The notes beneath the pieces are model-generated. The model was not told the DNA's origin, searched no databases, and saw only the letters and a program-made list of their open reading frames with translations. From an uncultured Muribaculaceae bacterium (GTDB lineage Bacteria > Bacteroidota > Bacteroidia > Bacteroidales > Muribaculaceae), in the NCBI GenBank assembly GCA_910584665.1, contig CAJUBL010000005.1, positions 866-64,865 on the forward strand: 64,000 bases of DNA, read 5' to 3'. Below are positions 31,123-41,634 of this stretch, one piece after another (position 1 is the first letter of the stretch; every line of letters begins with the position of its first letter). A program made the translations under genes and the position numbers.

Positions 31123-32046
31123 CTAATAAACGGCTCTTATTATCGTCAGAGCCTCGTCAAGGTTGTCAGACGGTAGCATTCCTGTAAAATTAAGATCCAT
31201 ACTGTTGGTAATCGATGTGTCGAGGCTTATCCCGTAGGTCTGCTCGATACGCTCTATGACATAACCGGGAGGGGCCTGGTGAAAGAACATCTCGCCTGTA
31301 CGCCACGATGACGACGATGATGTTCCGGACTCGCTTATTGTCACATCTCCGTTAATCCTGTCATATAGTAATGTCTGGCCCGGATTGATCCTGACCGCCC
31401 CGTCACGTCCGTCGATACAGAGCGAGACCTCGCCCGAGTCGAGCGACAGCTGGGCATAATTGCTGTCTCCCCGTGACAGCAGATTGAAGCTGGTCCCATA
31501 GACCTCGACCGTCATTCCGTCCGTCTCGATCCTGAAAGGATGTTCCGGATCACGTGTGACATCAAAATATGCCTCACCGTCAAATTTCACCACCCGCGAT
31601 TTTTCGCTGAATCCTCTGGCCGACAGGATAGAATTACTGTTGACCGTTATGCTCGTACCGTCTGGCAATGAGAGTGTCGAACACTCTCCGGCTCCGGTCG
31701 ACATGGCATAATAATCGTTTGAGCTACGGCCTATATTCCACTGTATTACAGCCATCAGCGCTATAGCAAGCAACGGTACGGCAATGACCGACGCTATCGT
31801 TGCGCGACGATAACGCCGATACAACCGCAGTGAAGGTGAGTGTACACCTGTGGCGGCATCGATATGTTCCTTCATGCGCGACAGCATGGCATTGTCAACC
31901 CGGCCGAATTCACTGCGGGTATCAGCCGTCTCAGGAAAACAGTCTGACAGTTCATCGTACGATGCCGTCTCAAAGAACTCCCTAAGCCTTGCCAGTTCAT
32001 CGGGAGTGAGTCTGCCTTTTCTATGTTTGTCAATCAGGTCTTTCAT
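31123..32046 (-). CDS. FecR-family anti-sigma factor
   Basis: 307 aa. N-terminal cytoplasmic region, single TM (ASVIAVPLLAIALMAVI), periplasmic FecR domain. Overlaps the sigma gene stop. Confidence 0.85.
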   Translation of the reverse strand: MKDLIDKHRKGRLTPDELARLREFFETASYDELSDCFPETADTRSEFGRVDNAMLSRMKEHIDAATGVHSPSLRLYRRYRRATIASVIAVPLLAIALMAVIQWNIGRSSNDYYAMSTGAGECSTLSLPDGTSITVNSNSILSARGFSEKSRVVKFDGEAYFDVTRDPEHPFRIETDGMTVEVYGTSFNLLSRGDSNYAQLSLDSGEVSLCIDGRDGAVRINPGQTLLYDRINGDVTISESGTSSSSSWRTGEMFFHQAPPGYVIERIEQTYGISLDTSITNSMDLNFTGMLPSDNLDEALTIIRAVY

Positions 32047-32618
32047 TCAAACAGATATATAAGTGCTAATGAAATGATTTTTATACCATGAAGTTTTTCA
32101 AGCCGGTCCCTGAGCTGTTTCAGTCCGAGCGACAATACATTACGCACGGTGCTCATGCTTATTCCCAAAAGAGCCGATATCTCGGCATGTGACAGTCCGT
32201 CAAGCTTCGACATCCTTACAACCCGGCCCTGGGTCGAAGGTAAGCGTGAGATCTCGCCCATGACGACATTCTCGAATTCGGCATATTCCAACGATCCGGT
32301 ATCAGTACTATAACACTGAAAATTAGTTATATTGACATAATCCTCATATAATGGCGATCTGATACGCGACCTGTAGTAATCGATAATACGGTTACGGAGT
32401 GATGTGAAAAGAAGCGGCTTCACTGTAGAATCGTTTTTTATCGACTCACGGTTGTTCCATAAGGATATGAATACATCCTCGACCAGTTCCTCTGCATCCT
32501 CACGGTTGACGACATAGGTAAGAGCATAGCCCGACAGTCGGCGCGCATACATATAGTATATGGCGTCAAAAGACCGTCGGTCTCCTCGGGCCAGTCCTGA
32601 TATCAATCGTTTTTCCAT
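32043..32618 (-). CDS. ECF-type RNA polymerase sigma-70 factor
   Basis: 191 aa. Region 2 (DAEELVEDVFISLW) and region 4 HTH (LSHAEISALLGISMSTVRNVLSLG). Confidence 0.9.
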   Translation of the reverse strand: MEKRLISGLARGDRRSFDAIYYMYARRLSGYALTYVVNREDAEELVEDVFISLWNNRESIKNDSTVKPLLFTSLRNRIIDYYRSRIRSPLYEDYVNITNFQCYSTDTGSLEYAEFENVVMGEISRLPSTQGRVVRMSKLDGLSHAEISALLGISMSTVRNVLSLGLKQLRDRLEKLHGIKIISLALIYLFE

Positions 32619-32838
32619 TCGGTAAAGATAGGTGGAACCGGATAAATCGGTGGCAAAGTTAACAAAACAAATCTGAAAGCAACAAAAAACTTGTAATCAT
32701 ATGAAGATGATGTCCGTCAGGGCATCGATTTACAAGTAATCCGGCACACGCCACTGCGGCGTACCGGATTAAAGTCAATCCCATGATGCAGGCGTCCGGC
32801 GAGAACGCCGATTGGACCTTATAGAGTGTATTATGAAT

Positions 32839-32878
32839 ACATCCCGATTTCGCCACAAAATATAGGAAATCGGGATGT
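32839..32878 (-). terminator. hairpin downstream of the TlpA-like gene
   Basis: acatcccgatttc (32839-32851) pairs with gaaatcgggatgt (32866-32878): a 13-bp stem with a 14-nt loop. No clear U-tract, so its terminator function is uncertain. Confidence 0.4.
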
Positions 32879-32914
32879 AAAAATCGTTTCTGAAAAACGA
32901 AGAGCTGAAATTGG

Positions 32915-34780
32915 TTACAGCTTGGACTTTATTGCTTCCACATACTTGGAGTGATCGCGTATGTCGGGTCGGCCTTCGGCCTTTCCTTCCCGGTCTACAA
33001 GAATATAGTACGGGATTCCGTCGACATTGAAACGTTTACGAATCTCGCCTACCTGTTCCTCGGTGACTTTATAGTGTATGCCCTTGATGTCCTGAAGCAT
33101 CTCGAGATATTTATTGGGTTCGGACGACTCGTCGGCTATATAGATCCACACGATGTCGTCGCTTGACAGGCTGCCAGATTTCAACGGCTCGTTTTCCTGA
33201 ATAGCGGCACGGCACGGTCCGCACCATGTGTTCCACAGATCCACTACAACGACCTTTCCTTTGTGTGGTGCTACAATAGCATCGAACACCTTGTCTATGG
33301 CCACCTGAGGTGTCGGAGTAACGAATGACAGCTCCTGCAGACGCATGAATTCGCGCAATGAACGCTGATTCAGAGAATCACAGGCTTCGGCAAAGAACGG
33401 ATCGGAGAGTGTGCGCAACGTGTCGATATCCTCCTTTGTAAGTTCATGCCTGCATGCCTTGTCGGCCTTTTTGATGAACATCATGACCGATCGTGACAGA
33501 TCTCCGTCGGCTCCATGTTTGTTCCAGTCAAACGAGCCGACAGACCGCGACTCGATAAGCAACCGGGGATCGGTAGTGTCAAACCATGTTGTAACCTCAT
33601 CATAATCCTCGTCGGTAAGACGGGCCCTGATTGAATCGGCAGGTGCCGGCATACGCCAGTTGCCCTTGACATGCCGATAATTGTGCGAAAGAAAGTAACG
33701 ATAGCCGGCCATAGCCTCAAGCACCTCGTTCTGCAGCTGCAGCGTGTAATATTCCTTTGCCATGACCGGTGCGTCAGACTCCTCTATTTTCCTGATATTG
33801 GAATCATACCGGGATTTTACCATCGCCTTGTATTCATCACCTGTCATATGATAGTCGGCAAATTTACCGGTGTACATGTCAAGCCCGTAATAATCGGTAA
33901 AGCCTGACTTCATGCGGTCATAATTGCCGTAGTATCCGTTGGTATACGTGGTACGGAACTGGCTTGGTCCTTCCCTGTTTGACATGGCAATGCCTCCTGT
34001 GCGTCTCATGTCTATATAACAGTCAAGTGTCTCTCCGGGATATAATGTGATCCTTGCCAAGGAATAGCTCATATCCCGATCTACTACAGTTGCCTGAGAC
34101 ATTCCATACATGTCAAACGAGATTGTGGCATCGCCGTTTTCGTCAAACTTCACCGGGTATTCGGTCTGCTTACCGTCGAGAGTGTTGACATACATACTGT
34201 AATGATGCAGAAACTCGGGCCGGTAAGGCAACATATGCAGATTAACGACCGTATGCCCGATTTTAAACGCCGGGGCCGGTACAGGTCCGTCCACCGGTTC
34301 CTTACACAGATCTTCCGGCAATCCTTCGGGATATGTCGGAGCCGGTTTGCCGGTTATGTCGACATCCCACAGCTTGAACGCATTCTGACCGGTCCCCTCG
34401 ATAAAATCAAAACGTCTGGTCGAGAATGGCAACGGCTCGAAGATCAGTTTGAAATCAGCTTCTCCGCTTTCAGGCATCCAGAACTCGGTGTCGGGCTCAA
34501 TCCCGTCGGTCGAAATCATCGCATACTGCTTGCCTTCGGCCTGGAGATAGCTGTCACCGGCTATCCGTATCCAGTTACCGGGAATGAAATGAGAATTGAT
34601 GTGAAGCACCGTGTTTGAATCATTCAGCTCGACCTTGACGATATCTATCGTAGCTGTGTTAGCGAAATTCACAACAGGAGCTGTCACAGTACGGGGACCG
34701 CTTGGCGAGCACCCGAAAATGGTCATGGCTGCCGCTATCGACAGGACGGCACCAAGACAGTTGAAATTCAGTCTCATCAT
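32915..34780 (-). CDS. TlpA-like thiol:disulfide oxidoreductase lipoprotein with large N-terminal domain
   Basis: Lipobox (IFGCS). C-terminal thioredoxin fold with VVVVDLWNTWCGPCR (WCGPC). About 480 aa of N-terminal region is of unknown family. Confidence 0.75.
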   Translation of the reverse strand: MMRLNFNCLGAVLSIAAAMTIFGCSPSGPRTVTAPVVNFANTATIDIVKVELNDSNTVLHINSHFIPGNWIRIAGDSYLQAEGKQYAMISTDGIEPDTEFWMPESGEADFKLIFEPLPFSTRRFDFIEGTGQNAFKLWDVDITGKPAPTYPEGLPEDLCKEPVDGPVPAPAFKIGHTVVNLHMLPYRPEFLHHYSMYVNTLDGKQTEYPVKFDENGDATISFDMYGMSQATVVDRDMSYSLARITLYPGETLDCYIDMRRTGGIAMSNREGPSQFRTTYTNGYYGNYDRMKSGFTDYYGLDMYTGKFADYHMTGDEYKAMVKSRYDSNIRKIEESDAPVMAKEYYTLQLQNEVLEAMAGYRYFLSHNYRHVKGNWRMPAPADSIRARLTDEDYDEVTTWFDTTDPRLLIESRSVGSFDWNKHGADGDLSRSVMMFIKKADKACRHELTKEDIDTLRTLSDPFFAEACDSLNQRSLREFMRLQELSFVTPTPQVAIDKVFDAIVAPHKGKVVVVDLWNTWCGPCRAAIQENEPLKSGSLSSDDIVWIYIADESSEPNKYLEMLQDIKGIHYKVTEEQVGEIRKRFNVDGIPYYILVDREGKAEGRPDIRDHSKYVEAIKSKL

Positions 34781-34879
34781 GAAATAGAAATATAATGTAT
34801 TGGTTTATAAAATCATACAGGCAAGTATTTTTGAGGCAACAGTTTCTCAGAGTATGTTTTGTCAAGTTCAAACATACAC

Positions 34880-35560
34880 TTAGAAGTTATAGCCTACGGC
34901 GATATTGACGGTATTACGACGGAAACTTACATCATCATTGCCCGGATTGAAGACTTTGGTCATTCCTACGGCTCCGCCGACCGATACATAGTAGTTGTGA
35001 CCGTAGCTCATGCTCACACCGAAATCCCACTGCAGGTCGAATCTCTTGAATCCATTCTCCATTATCGAGTACGTATAATCATCAAGACCGTCGCAATAAG
35101 CCTTGGCTGTAAGATTCGTATTGAGTACAGGACCTGTAAACAGTGATATCGAGATATCATCGGTAAAATCAAAACGATAACCGAAGTTCAGCGGAATGCG
35201 GAATCCGCAGTTCCTTATAGATCCGTCATATACGCTGAGAATACCGTCTCCGGTTCCCGGCATGGCAGGATCGAATACTTCTATATCATTGTCAAATGTA
35301 TCGTAAAAGAAATGGACACCCGGCTCGAAGAAAAGATTCTTCCATATAGGAATATTGTATACGGCACCGATCGTAAATCCGGCTCCATTACCATATGAAT
35401 CATCGGCAGTCCCGGCTACCGAACTGATGTCAAGTCCCAGACGCAGACCTATATAAGGCTTGTTGTCAGGATTCTCTATCAGATAATTCTGTGCGGTCGC
35501 CATTCCTGAAAGCGCTGTGGCCGCGATAAGCGCGAGTACTATTCTTTTCATAATTATCAA
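34880..35560 (-). CDS. small outer membrane beta-barrel protein (OmpA-beta-barrel/porin-like)
   Basis: Signal peptide (MKRIVLALIAATALSGMATAQ), alternating hydrophobic strands, C-terminal ...AVGYNF. Confidence 0.65.
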   Translation of the reverse strand: MIIMKRIVLALIAATALSGMATAQNYLIENPDNKPYIGLRLGLDISSVAGTADDSYGNGAGFTIGAVYNIPIWKNLFFEPGVHFFYDTFDNDIEVFDPAMPGTGDGILSVYDGSIRNCGFRIPLNFGYRFDFTDDISISLFTGPVLNTNLTAKAYCDGLDDYTYSIMENGFKRFDLQWDFGVSMSYGHNYYVSVGGAVGMTKVFNPGNDDVSFRRNTVNIAVGYNF

Positions 35561-35566
35561 ATTAAG

Positions 35567-37141
35567 TTAATAGTCATACACAAGTTCTATATCATCTATA
35601 TACAGCACACTTCCGTTTCCGCCGGTAAAATAGTCACCATACTTTGACGCCGATGCCACTATAAGGATATAGTTGGGAACACGCTGTGTCGAGGTATATT
35701 TCAGTTCAAATTCAAACGGTATATAATCCTTAACAGTCTCACCATACTGAATGTTTCCGTAAGCCACGACTTCACTGCCAGAGGGATCAAAAAGATGACG
35801 GTCCTTCGGGTTGGTACGTATCTCGAACGGCTCGTCACTGTCTATGAGCGCCGACCACACTATGCATGTGTCGGGGCGGCCCTTGAGATAATCATATTCT
35901 GCCGAAGCATGACTTATATCGGCACAGTTATACTTGAGGTATCCGCGCACCTTGGTCGGACGCTGGGTGAACGGTCGTCCGAAACTCAGGACTCCGTTGG
36001 TTCCTTCCGTACGCACATAATACCCGGCAAAGATATTGCCGGCGGCAATCTTGCCGAGAGCTCCGATACCCACGAACTTCGTCTCGAGCCTGGCAGCCTT
36101 ACCCTTACCCGTAGGGGTATCGTCGGTGGGCATACTGTTGCTTTGTCCCAGTGTAGTCGCTCCCTTGTTTCCGGTATCCCAGTATTGCACGCCACCCTCC
36201 TGCCAGGGATTCCAGACCTTACCGTTGAGCCACCAGTACTCAAAGTCGGCATCAGGCACCTGAACATCCCGACCGGTAGTGAACACGACTTCAGCAGCAT
36301 ATTCATCGTCACTGAAAGCCCTTACCGCATACTCTGTCTCCGGTTCCAGATTAATGATACGGGCAGTAAGACTACCGCCGTTGGATGTGATCCAGCCGGC
36401 CGGCACCCGCGTCCATTCCTCCACATCTGCACGACGATACTCGAAGCCGTTGTCCCTGCCCTCCTGAGCCTGGGCATAAGCCCAGGCCACACGGGTCCAT
36501 GCATCACATCTGTCTGTGGTGACAGTGCTGGCCGTGACCTCGGCATATATAGTCCAGATCTCTTCACGCCCATGGTTGATGATGCTGAGTTCCAACGGAC
36601 TGGACAGGCTTATGGTCCCTCCGTCAATCTCTGGTGTCACAGTCGACCCGACTGGACCGAGTTTCATTGATGTAACCCGCAGCCGGGTAAGATCAGTACC
36701 CTCGGGGAGTGTGACTATCACTCTATGGGCGGGAACATCTATGACACTTGATCCTATCTGTCCGGCCACATTGAAATACCGCTCGATATTCTGGGTAGCC
36801 TTAAGTACCCACCAGTACTCCTGATATATCTTCAGCATCACAGCCTGCGGTTTGGTCATATCGATAGGATGGTCAAGAACACCCGCCTCGACTGTCGCAC
36901 CCGGAGTGACCGTATAGCCGGTAACATTCATCGCATAGATATCGGCGGTCTCCCCGAGCGAGATATTGACCACTCGTGTAGCCGAGTCTATAACCGCCGG
37001 CGCAGCCTCATCTTCAACGGTAAATGTCAGAAAATTCGGCTGGATACGCGGATATGGTATATCGTTCTTGATACAGCCTGTGAACGCAATGGTGGCAGAG
37101 AGCAACACCGTGACAAGAATATGTATATTGAATCTGCTCAT
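35567..37141 (-). CDS. PCMD-domain lipoprotein (putative carbohydrate metabolism domain)
   Basis: Lipobox (AFTGC). The C-terminal ...YFTGGNGSVLYIDDIELVYDY fits my recollection of the PCMD family. Confidence 0.55.
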   Translation of the reverse strand: MSRFNIHILVTVLLSATIAFTGCIKNDIPYPRIQPNFLTFTVEDEAAPAVIDSATRVVNISLGETADIYAMNVTGYTVTPGATVEAGVLDHPIDMTKPQAVMLKIYQEYWWVLKATQNIERYFNVAGQIGSSVIDVPAHRVIVTLPEGTDLTRLRVTSMKLGPVGSTVTPEIDGGTISLSSPLELSIINHGREEIWTIYAEVTASTVTTDRCDAWTRVAWAYAQAQEGRDNGFEYRRADVEEWTRVPAGWITSNGGSLTARIINLEPETEYAVRAFSDDEYAAEVVFTTGRDVQVPDADFEYWWLNGKVWNPWQEGGVQYWDTGNKGATTLGQSNSMPTDDTPTGKGKAARLETKFVGIGALGKIAAGNIFAGYYVRTEGTNGVLSFGRPFTQRPTKVRGYLKYNCADISHASAEYDYLKGRPDTCIVWSALIDSDEPFEIRTNPKDRHLFDPSGSEVVAYGNIQYGETVKDYIPFEFELKYTSTQRVPNYILIVASASKYGDYFTGGNGSVLYIDDIELVYDY

Positions 37142-37165
37142 CTGGAATAGGTTATACCGGCATCC

Positions 37166-38071
37166 TTATATATGGATCGACATGCCGAAGTTGATGTTGA
37201 AAATATTGAACTTGAAGTTGGCTCCGCTTGAAAAACGGGATCCCTCTTCAACGCCATCTGTCCACTGGTGCTCGTTCTTGAGTTTCATTCCGAAAACTCC
37301 GAACGACACATTGAATGCGACATTATCCTGAATAAATATAGCCAGACCGGGGCTGAAATTGAGACTCGCCTCTGTGATGTTTGTACGCGTATCTTTCATT
37401 TCGCCGTCATATAGTCGCTTGAAGCGGGAAGAACCGCTGCCGAACGACAGGTCGACCTCATTGAAGATACCGAAACGCTTCATGCGCCCCAGTCCGACAT
37501 AATTACGGTAAAAGAAACCGGCACTATAGACCTGAGAATAATATGATATGTCTGCCAGATTGAAGTTCATGTCATCGCTGAAATCAAACGACAGCGACCC
37601 GAGATTTCCTTTCATACGGGTGAAATTGAACTTGATGCCTACAGTCTGGTTATTACGTATAGCATAGCTTATTGTCGGCTTTATAGAATAGGCCTTGATT
37701 CCCATGTCAAGATCCTTGATGATTGAGAGAACCTGAACATCGTCACTTGAAAACTCTCCATAAGAGGCCGTCAGACCGAAAGCCCACTGCCCCCGGGGTA
37801 TGAACAGATAATTATAAAGTCCGCGGTCATAACGGCCATAATTGGTCTGCGGGAGTATGATGCTGATTGTATCGCCACCCACGATTACCATCTCATCATC
37901 AAGCGCATCACGCACCATTACTGTTGAGTCTACCGGAATCTTAGGATTATCACCGAGAATACGCTTTATGATATCCGGTGACGCGGTTGGACTCTCGACA
38001 TCTCCGGCCAACGATGATATGGAACAGGCGAAGCCTAAAACCACAGGCAGTATGTATCTGAGTATTTCCAT
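37166..38071 (-). CDS. putative outer membrane beta-barrel protein (paralog 1)
   Basis: Signal peptide and beta-strand periodicity. Shares FIPRGQW, RNY(V/I)..G..KRFG(I/M)FNEV and ANFK(F/I)N(I/L)F motifs with 38075..38830. Confidence 0.6.
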   Translation of the reverse strand: MEILRYILPVVLGFACSISSLAGDVESPTASPDIIKRILGDNPKIPVDSTVMVRDALDDEMVIVGGDTISIILPQTNYGRYDRGLYNYLFIPRGQWAFGLTASYGEFSSDDVQVLSIIKDLDMGIKAYSIKPTISYAIRNNQTVGIKFNFTRMKGNLGSLSFDFSDDMNFNLADISYYSQVYSAGFFYRNYVGLGRMKRFGIFNEVDLSFGSGSSRFKRLYDGEMKDTRTNITEASLNFSPGLAIFIQDNVAFNVSFGVFGMKLKNEHQWTDGVEEGSRFSSGANFKFNIFNINFGMSIHI

Positions 38072-38074
38072 CGT

Positions 38075-38830
38075 TTACAGGTAGAAGGCAACGCCAAAGG
38101 TTATTGAAAACAGATTGATCTTAAAATTGGCCGACTGGTTATTGCGACGGGCCACATAGACCTGGTCGGTCGTCGACTTGGTCCTGGTATAACTGAAGCC
38201 CAACACTCCCACATTTACCTCTATAGCAGAGTAGTTGTTAAGAAACATGATCATACCCGGAGCCAGCCCTACGTCAAGGTCAAACGACCGCTCATAGGTA
38301 CCGGTCACATCATCACCCGAACCATTGCAGAGTTTCGACTGGCTTCCTCCGATCTGAAGCTGTACCTCATTGAACATACCGAAGCGTTTGTTGTTTCCGA
38401 AACTTATGTAATTTCGGAAAGCGGCCATACCCGAGTAGCTGTGACTCAGACTGTAAAGATTATCGATATTATAATCGGTATCTGACGCCAGCACAAAACG
38501 GGCCTTGTCGACCCGCATCAGCGTACGCTTGTAAGCGAAACGGCCACCGGCTGTAAGATTGTCCCTGAAACAGTACATCAGCATCGGACTCACCTTGAAA
38601 GAATAAGAATCCCCCTTGATATTCTCGAGTACAAAGAACTGATAGTTATCATGACTGGCCTGCGACCAGCTCACGCTCACCCCCGTAATCCATTGGCCGC
38701 GCGGTATGAATGAGTATTGCTCCAGTCCTCGCTTGAATTGCTCCTGGGCACAGACCGCAGCCGTGTCCGTGATACAGACAAGCAACAGAAGCATGATACG
38801 AGTGAAAAATGATCGGATTGACTGGTTCAT
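38075..38830 (-). CDS. putative outer membrane beta-barrel protein (paralog 2)
   Basis: Signal peptide. Same motif set as 37166..38071. The two genes are 3 nt apart. Confidence 0.6.
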   Translation of the reverse strand: MNQSIRSFFTRIMLLLLVCITDTAAVCAQEQFKRGLEQYSFIPRGQWITGVSVSWSQASHDNYQFFVLENIKGDSYSFKVSPMLMYCFRDNLTAGGRFAYKRTLMRVDKARFVLASDTDYNIDNLYSLSHSYSGMAAFRNYISFGNNKRFGMFNEVQLQIGGSQSKLCNGSGDDVTGTYERSFDLDVGLAPGMIMFLNNYSAIEVNVGVLGFSYTRTKSTTDQVYVARRNNQSANFKINLFSITFGVAFYL

Positions 38831-38847
38831 TGATTGGATGATAGGTG

Positions 38848-41013
38848 CTATTCTTGTTTTTTTGCAGATTGGTCCGACAGACCGGCCCCGTCGGAATCAT
38901 CTGGCCGGTCAGCCTGATCGGCCCCGTCTGAGGGGGCTTCCGACAGAACCGGTTCCGACGACTCGTCCGACTCTGACTTTTTACCTGGGATAGGAGGCAT
39001 TTCGGCCGGAACATCAGTGGCAACCACATCAATTATACCACCGTTGGCCCGACGGGTTTCCGACTCGGCCTTGGCGGCCGCGGCCGAACGAGCGGCAAGG
39101 ATCTCGTCAGTACGTGACGTCCACTGACGTTTGCCGAATATACGTTCGACATCCTCGGTGAAAATAACTTCACGCTTAAGCAGTACCTCAGCCAGTTCGG
39201 CATGCCCTTTGGCATGCTCTTCCAGTATCTTCTTGGCCCGCTCATACTGCTCATTGATAATACGCGATACCTCCTCGTCAATGAGACGGGCTCGGTCATC
39301 GCTGTAAGGTTTGGAGAAACCATAGTCCTGCCCTGTCGAATCATAATAACTCAGATTGGGCAGACGCTCGCTCATACCATAATATACGACCATGGCATAG
39401 GCCTGCTTGGTAACCCTCTCCAGATCGTTGGCGGCACCGGTCGATATACGCCCGAGAAACAGCTCCTCTGCTGCACGTCCGCCAAGAGTGGCACACATCT
39501 CGTCAAGCAGAGCCTGGGTTGGTGTGATCTGACGCTCTTCCGGCAGATACCACGCCGCTCCGAGAGCTTTGCCACGGGGCACGATCGTAACCTTGACAAG
39601 CGGATTGGCATACTGCAGATGCCATGACAATGCGGCATGACCGGCCTCATGGATGGCAATGGCTTTCTTCTCCTCGTCGGTAGTTATCTTGGAACGTTTC
39701 TCGAGTCCGCCTATTATACGGTCTACAGCGGCGATAAAATCCTGCTTGTCAACAGCCTTCTTATTATTACGTGCCGCTATCAGGGCCGCCTCGTTACATA
39801 CGTTGGCTATATCGGCACCCGAGAAGCCTGGAGTCTGACGCGCCAGCAACTCGACGTCAACGTTAGGAGCGACCTTGATTTTGCGTAAGTGTACATTGAA
39901 TATGGCAACACGGTCGTTAAGATCCGGCAGATCGACATATATCTGTCGGTCAAAACGTCCTGCGCGCAACAATGCCTTGTCGAGGATGTCGGCACGGTTG
40001 GTAGCGGCCAGAATAATCACACCGCTGTTGGAGCCGAAGCCATCCATCTCGGTAAGAAGCTGATTGAGTGTGTTTTCACGTTCATCATTGGCTCCCATAT
40101 TGGGATTCTTGCCACGGGCTCGTCCCACGGCATCGATCTCGTCGATGAAAACGATACATGGCGCTTTTTCCTTGGCCTGACGGAAAAGGTCACGCACTCG
40201 CGAAGCACCGACTCCGACAAACATCTCTACGAAGTCACTGCCCGACATAGAGAAGAACGGCACATTGGCCTCACCTGCCACAGCCTTGGCAAGCAGAGTC
40301 TTACCTGTTCCGGGAGGGCCCACGAGCAGTGCGCCCTTGGGGATCTTGCCTCCGAGGTCGGTATACCGTTGCGGGTTCTTGAGGAACTCGACAATCTCCT
40401 CGATCTCGGTCTTAGCCTCCGACAATCCGGCCACATCCTTGAAAGTCACCTGTATAGGTCCGTCTTTATCAAAAATCTGAGCCTTTGATTTGCCGACACT
40501 GAACACACCGCCGGGTCCGCCGTCACGGTTGCTCATACGACGCATGAAATAGATCCAGAAGAATATTATCAGCAACAGCGGACCAAACGACCATAGCATG
40601 CCTCCCCATCCGCCGTCATTATTGTAATCGACATTGACAAAATCCCTGCCGCGACTCGACTGCCATTCTTCAAGTTTTTTTTCAAAAGCCACACTTGAAC
40701 CGATCTTCGTGGTTATACGGGCATTTTTCAGGTCTTCCTGAGTAAATTTAGAATTGGGATATAATGCCTTGAACAGAGAGTCTGAGAGATATGCCTCTGC
40801 AAATTCACGCTTATTGTAAATAACCAGTTTCTTGACACCACCGTTGGCGGCGGCAACAGAATCACTCATTACTTTGCCAAAGCGGTCATATGAGACCTCC
40901 TCATTGGCGGCATTCTGATCCATCCAGAACATACCGCCAAGAAACAGCAGTATGACGGCATACATCCAGTACAGACTGAATTTTATAGTTTTTTTCTTTT
41001 TGGGCTCGGGCAT
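38848..41013 (-). CDS. ftsH: ATP-dependent zinc metalloprotease FtsH
   Basis: [18 protein letters not shown] Walker A, AAA+ SRH, HEAGHA zinc motif, two N-terminal TM segments. Confidence 0.97.
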   Translation of the reverse strand: MPEPKKKKTIKFSLYWMYAVILLFLGGMFWMDQNAANEEVSYDRFGKVMSDSVAAANGGVKKLVIYNKREFAEAYLSDSLFKALYPNSKFTQEDLKNARITTKIGSSVAFEKKLEEWQSSRGRDFVNVDYNNDGGWGGMLWSFGPLLLIIFFWIYFMRRMSNRDGGPGGVFSVGKSKAQIFDKDGPIQVTFKDVAGLSEAKTEIEEIVEFLKNPQRYTDLGGKIPKGALLVGPPGTGKTLLAKAVAGEANVPFFSMSGSDFVEMFVGVGASRVRDLFRQAKEKAPCIVFIDEIDAVGRARGKNPNMGANDERENTLNQLLTEMDGFGSNSGVIILAATNRADILDKALLRAGRFDRQIYVDLPDLNDRVAIFNVHLRKIKVAPNVDVELLARQTPGFSGADIANVCNEAALIAARNNKKAVDKQDFIAAVDRIIGGLEKRSKITTDEEKKAIAIHEAGHAALSWHLQYANPLVKVTIVPRGKALGAAWYLPEERQITPTQALLDEMCATLGGRAAEELFLGRISTGAANDLERVTKQAYAMVVYYGMSERLPNLSYYDSTGQDYGFSKPYSDDRARLIDEEVSRIINEQYERAKKILEEHAKGHAELAEVLLKREVIFTEDVERIFGKRQWTSRTDEILAARSAAAAKAESETRRANGGIIDVVATDVPAEMPPIPGKKSESDESSEPVLSEAPSDGADQADRPDDSDGAGLSDQSAKKQE

Positions 41014-41106
41014 AAGTATTTAATTATGTGTGTCTTACACTATTTAAAGATGAATTACAGATTAGACCTCATCGACAACCGATATACTGATTGACAGCAA
41101 ATTACA

Positions 41107-41466
41107 TCAATCCAGATCGGGGATATGGGTTATGACCGCATCGCTCCACAGTTCCTCAAGATTGTAATACTGACGAGCCTCCCGCGTGAAAACATGAACC
41201 AGAGTATCACCGTAATCAATGACAATCCACTGTGCATTACGGTAACCGTCATAGTTATATGGCTTTACACGGGCCTTTTCAAGCAGATACTCGCGGATGC
41301 TGTCAGCTATAGCGGTAACCTGCATTGATGAGTTACCCTGACATATGATGAAGCGGTCGATCGTAGTTCCGTCAACCTTATCCATGTCAACGATAGTTAT
41401 GTCACGACCTTTACGTTCCTGTATTCCCTCAATTATGAGTTGCCTGATATCAATATTTTCTGTCAT
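41107..41466 (-). CDS. rsfS: ribosome silencing factor RsfS
   Basis: 119 aa of the RsfS/YbeB/iojap family (...DYFIICQGNS-like FIICQGNSSMQV, WIVIDYGDTLVHVF). Confidence 0.9.
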   Translation of the reverse strand: MTENIDIRQLIIEGIQERKGRDITIVDMDKVDGTTIDRFIICQGNSSMQVTAIADSIREYLLEKARVKPYNYDGYRNAQWIVIDYGDTLVHVFTREARQYYNLEELWSDAVITHIPDLD

Positions 41467-41634
41467 AAATAAAATTGTGCGCTATTAATGTGCAAAAATA
41501 ATGAATTTTTTTGATAGATTAACCGACTCTTCCCTAATATAACAAATTCGATGCCAAAAAGTCATCCCGACCTCATCTTTTCAGAATATGTTTATTAAAC
41601 TAAGACATATTCTCAAAAACTGTTCAAACAGAAA

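Larger units (their letters stand above)
15295..32618 (-). other. polysaccharide utilization locus (PUL) with ECF-sigma/anti-sigma control, 10 co-directional genes
   Basis: Gene order on the minus strand: ECF sigma, FecR, STN-SusC, SusD, EEP, BACON surface protein, GH3, LRR protein, SGNH-GDPD, MFS. Gaps are short and some junctions overlap as ATGA. Confidence 0.8.

Noticed and set aside
35795-36670. A 291-aa plus-strand ORF antisense to the PCMD lipoprotein gene.
   Set aside because: It has no signal, motif or plausible start context, while the minus-strand gene has a lipobox and the characteristic C-terminus.
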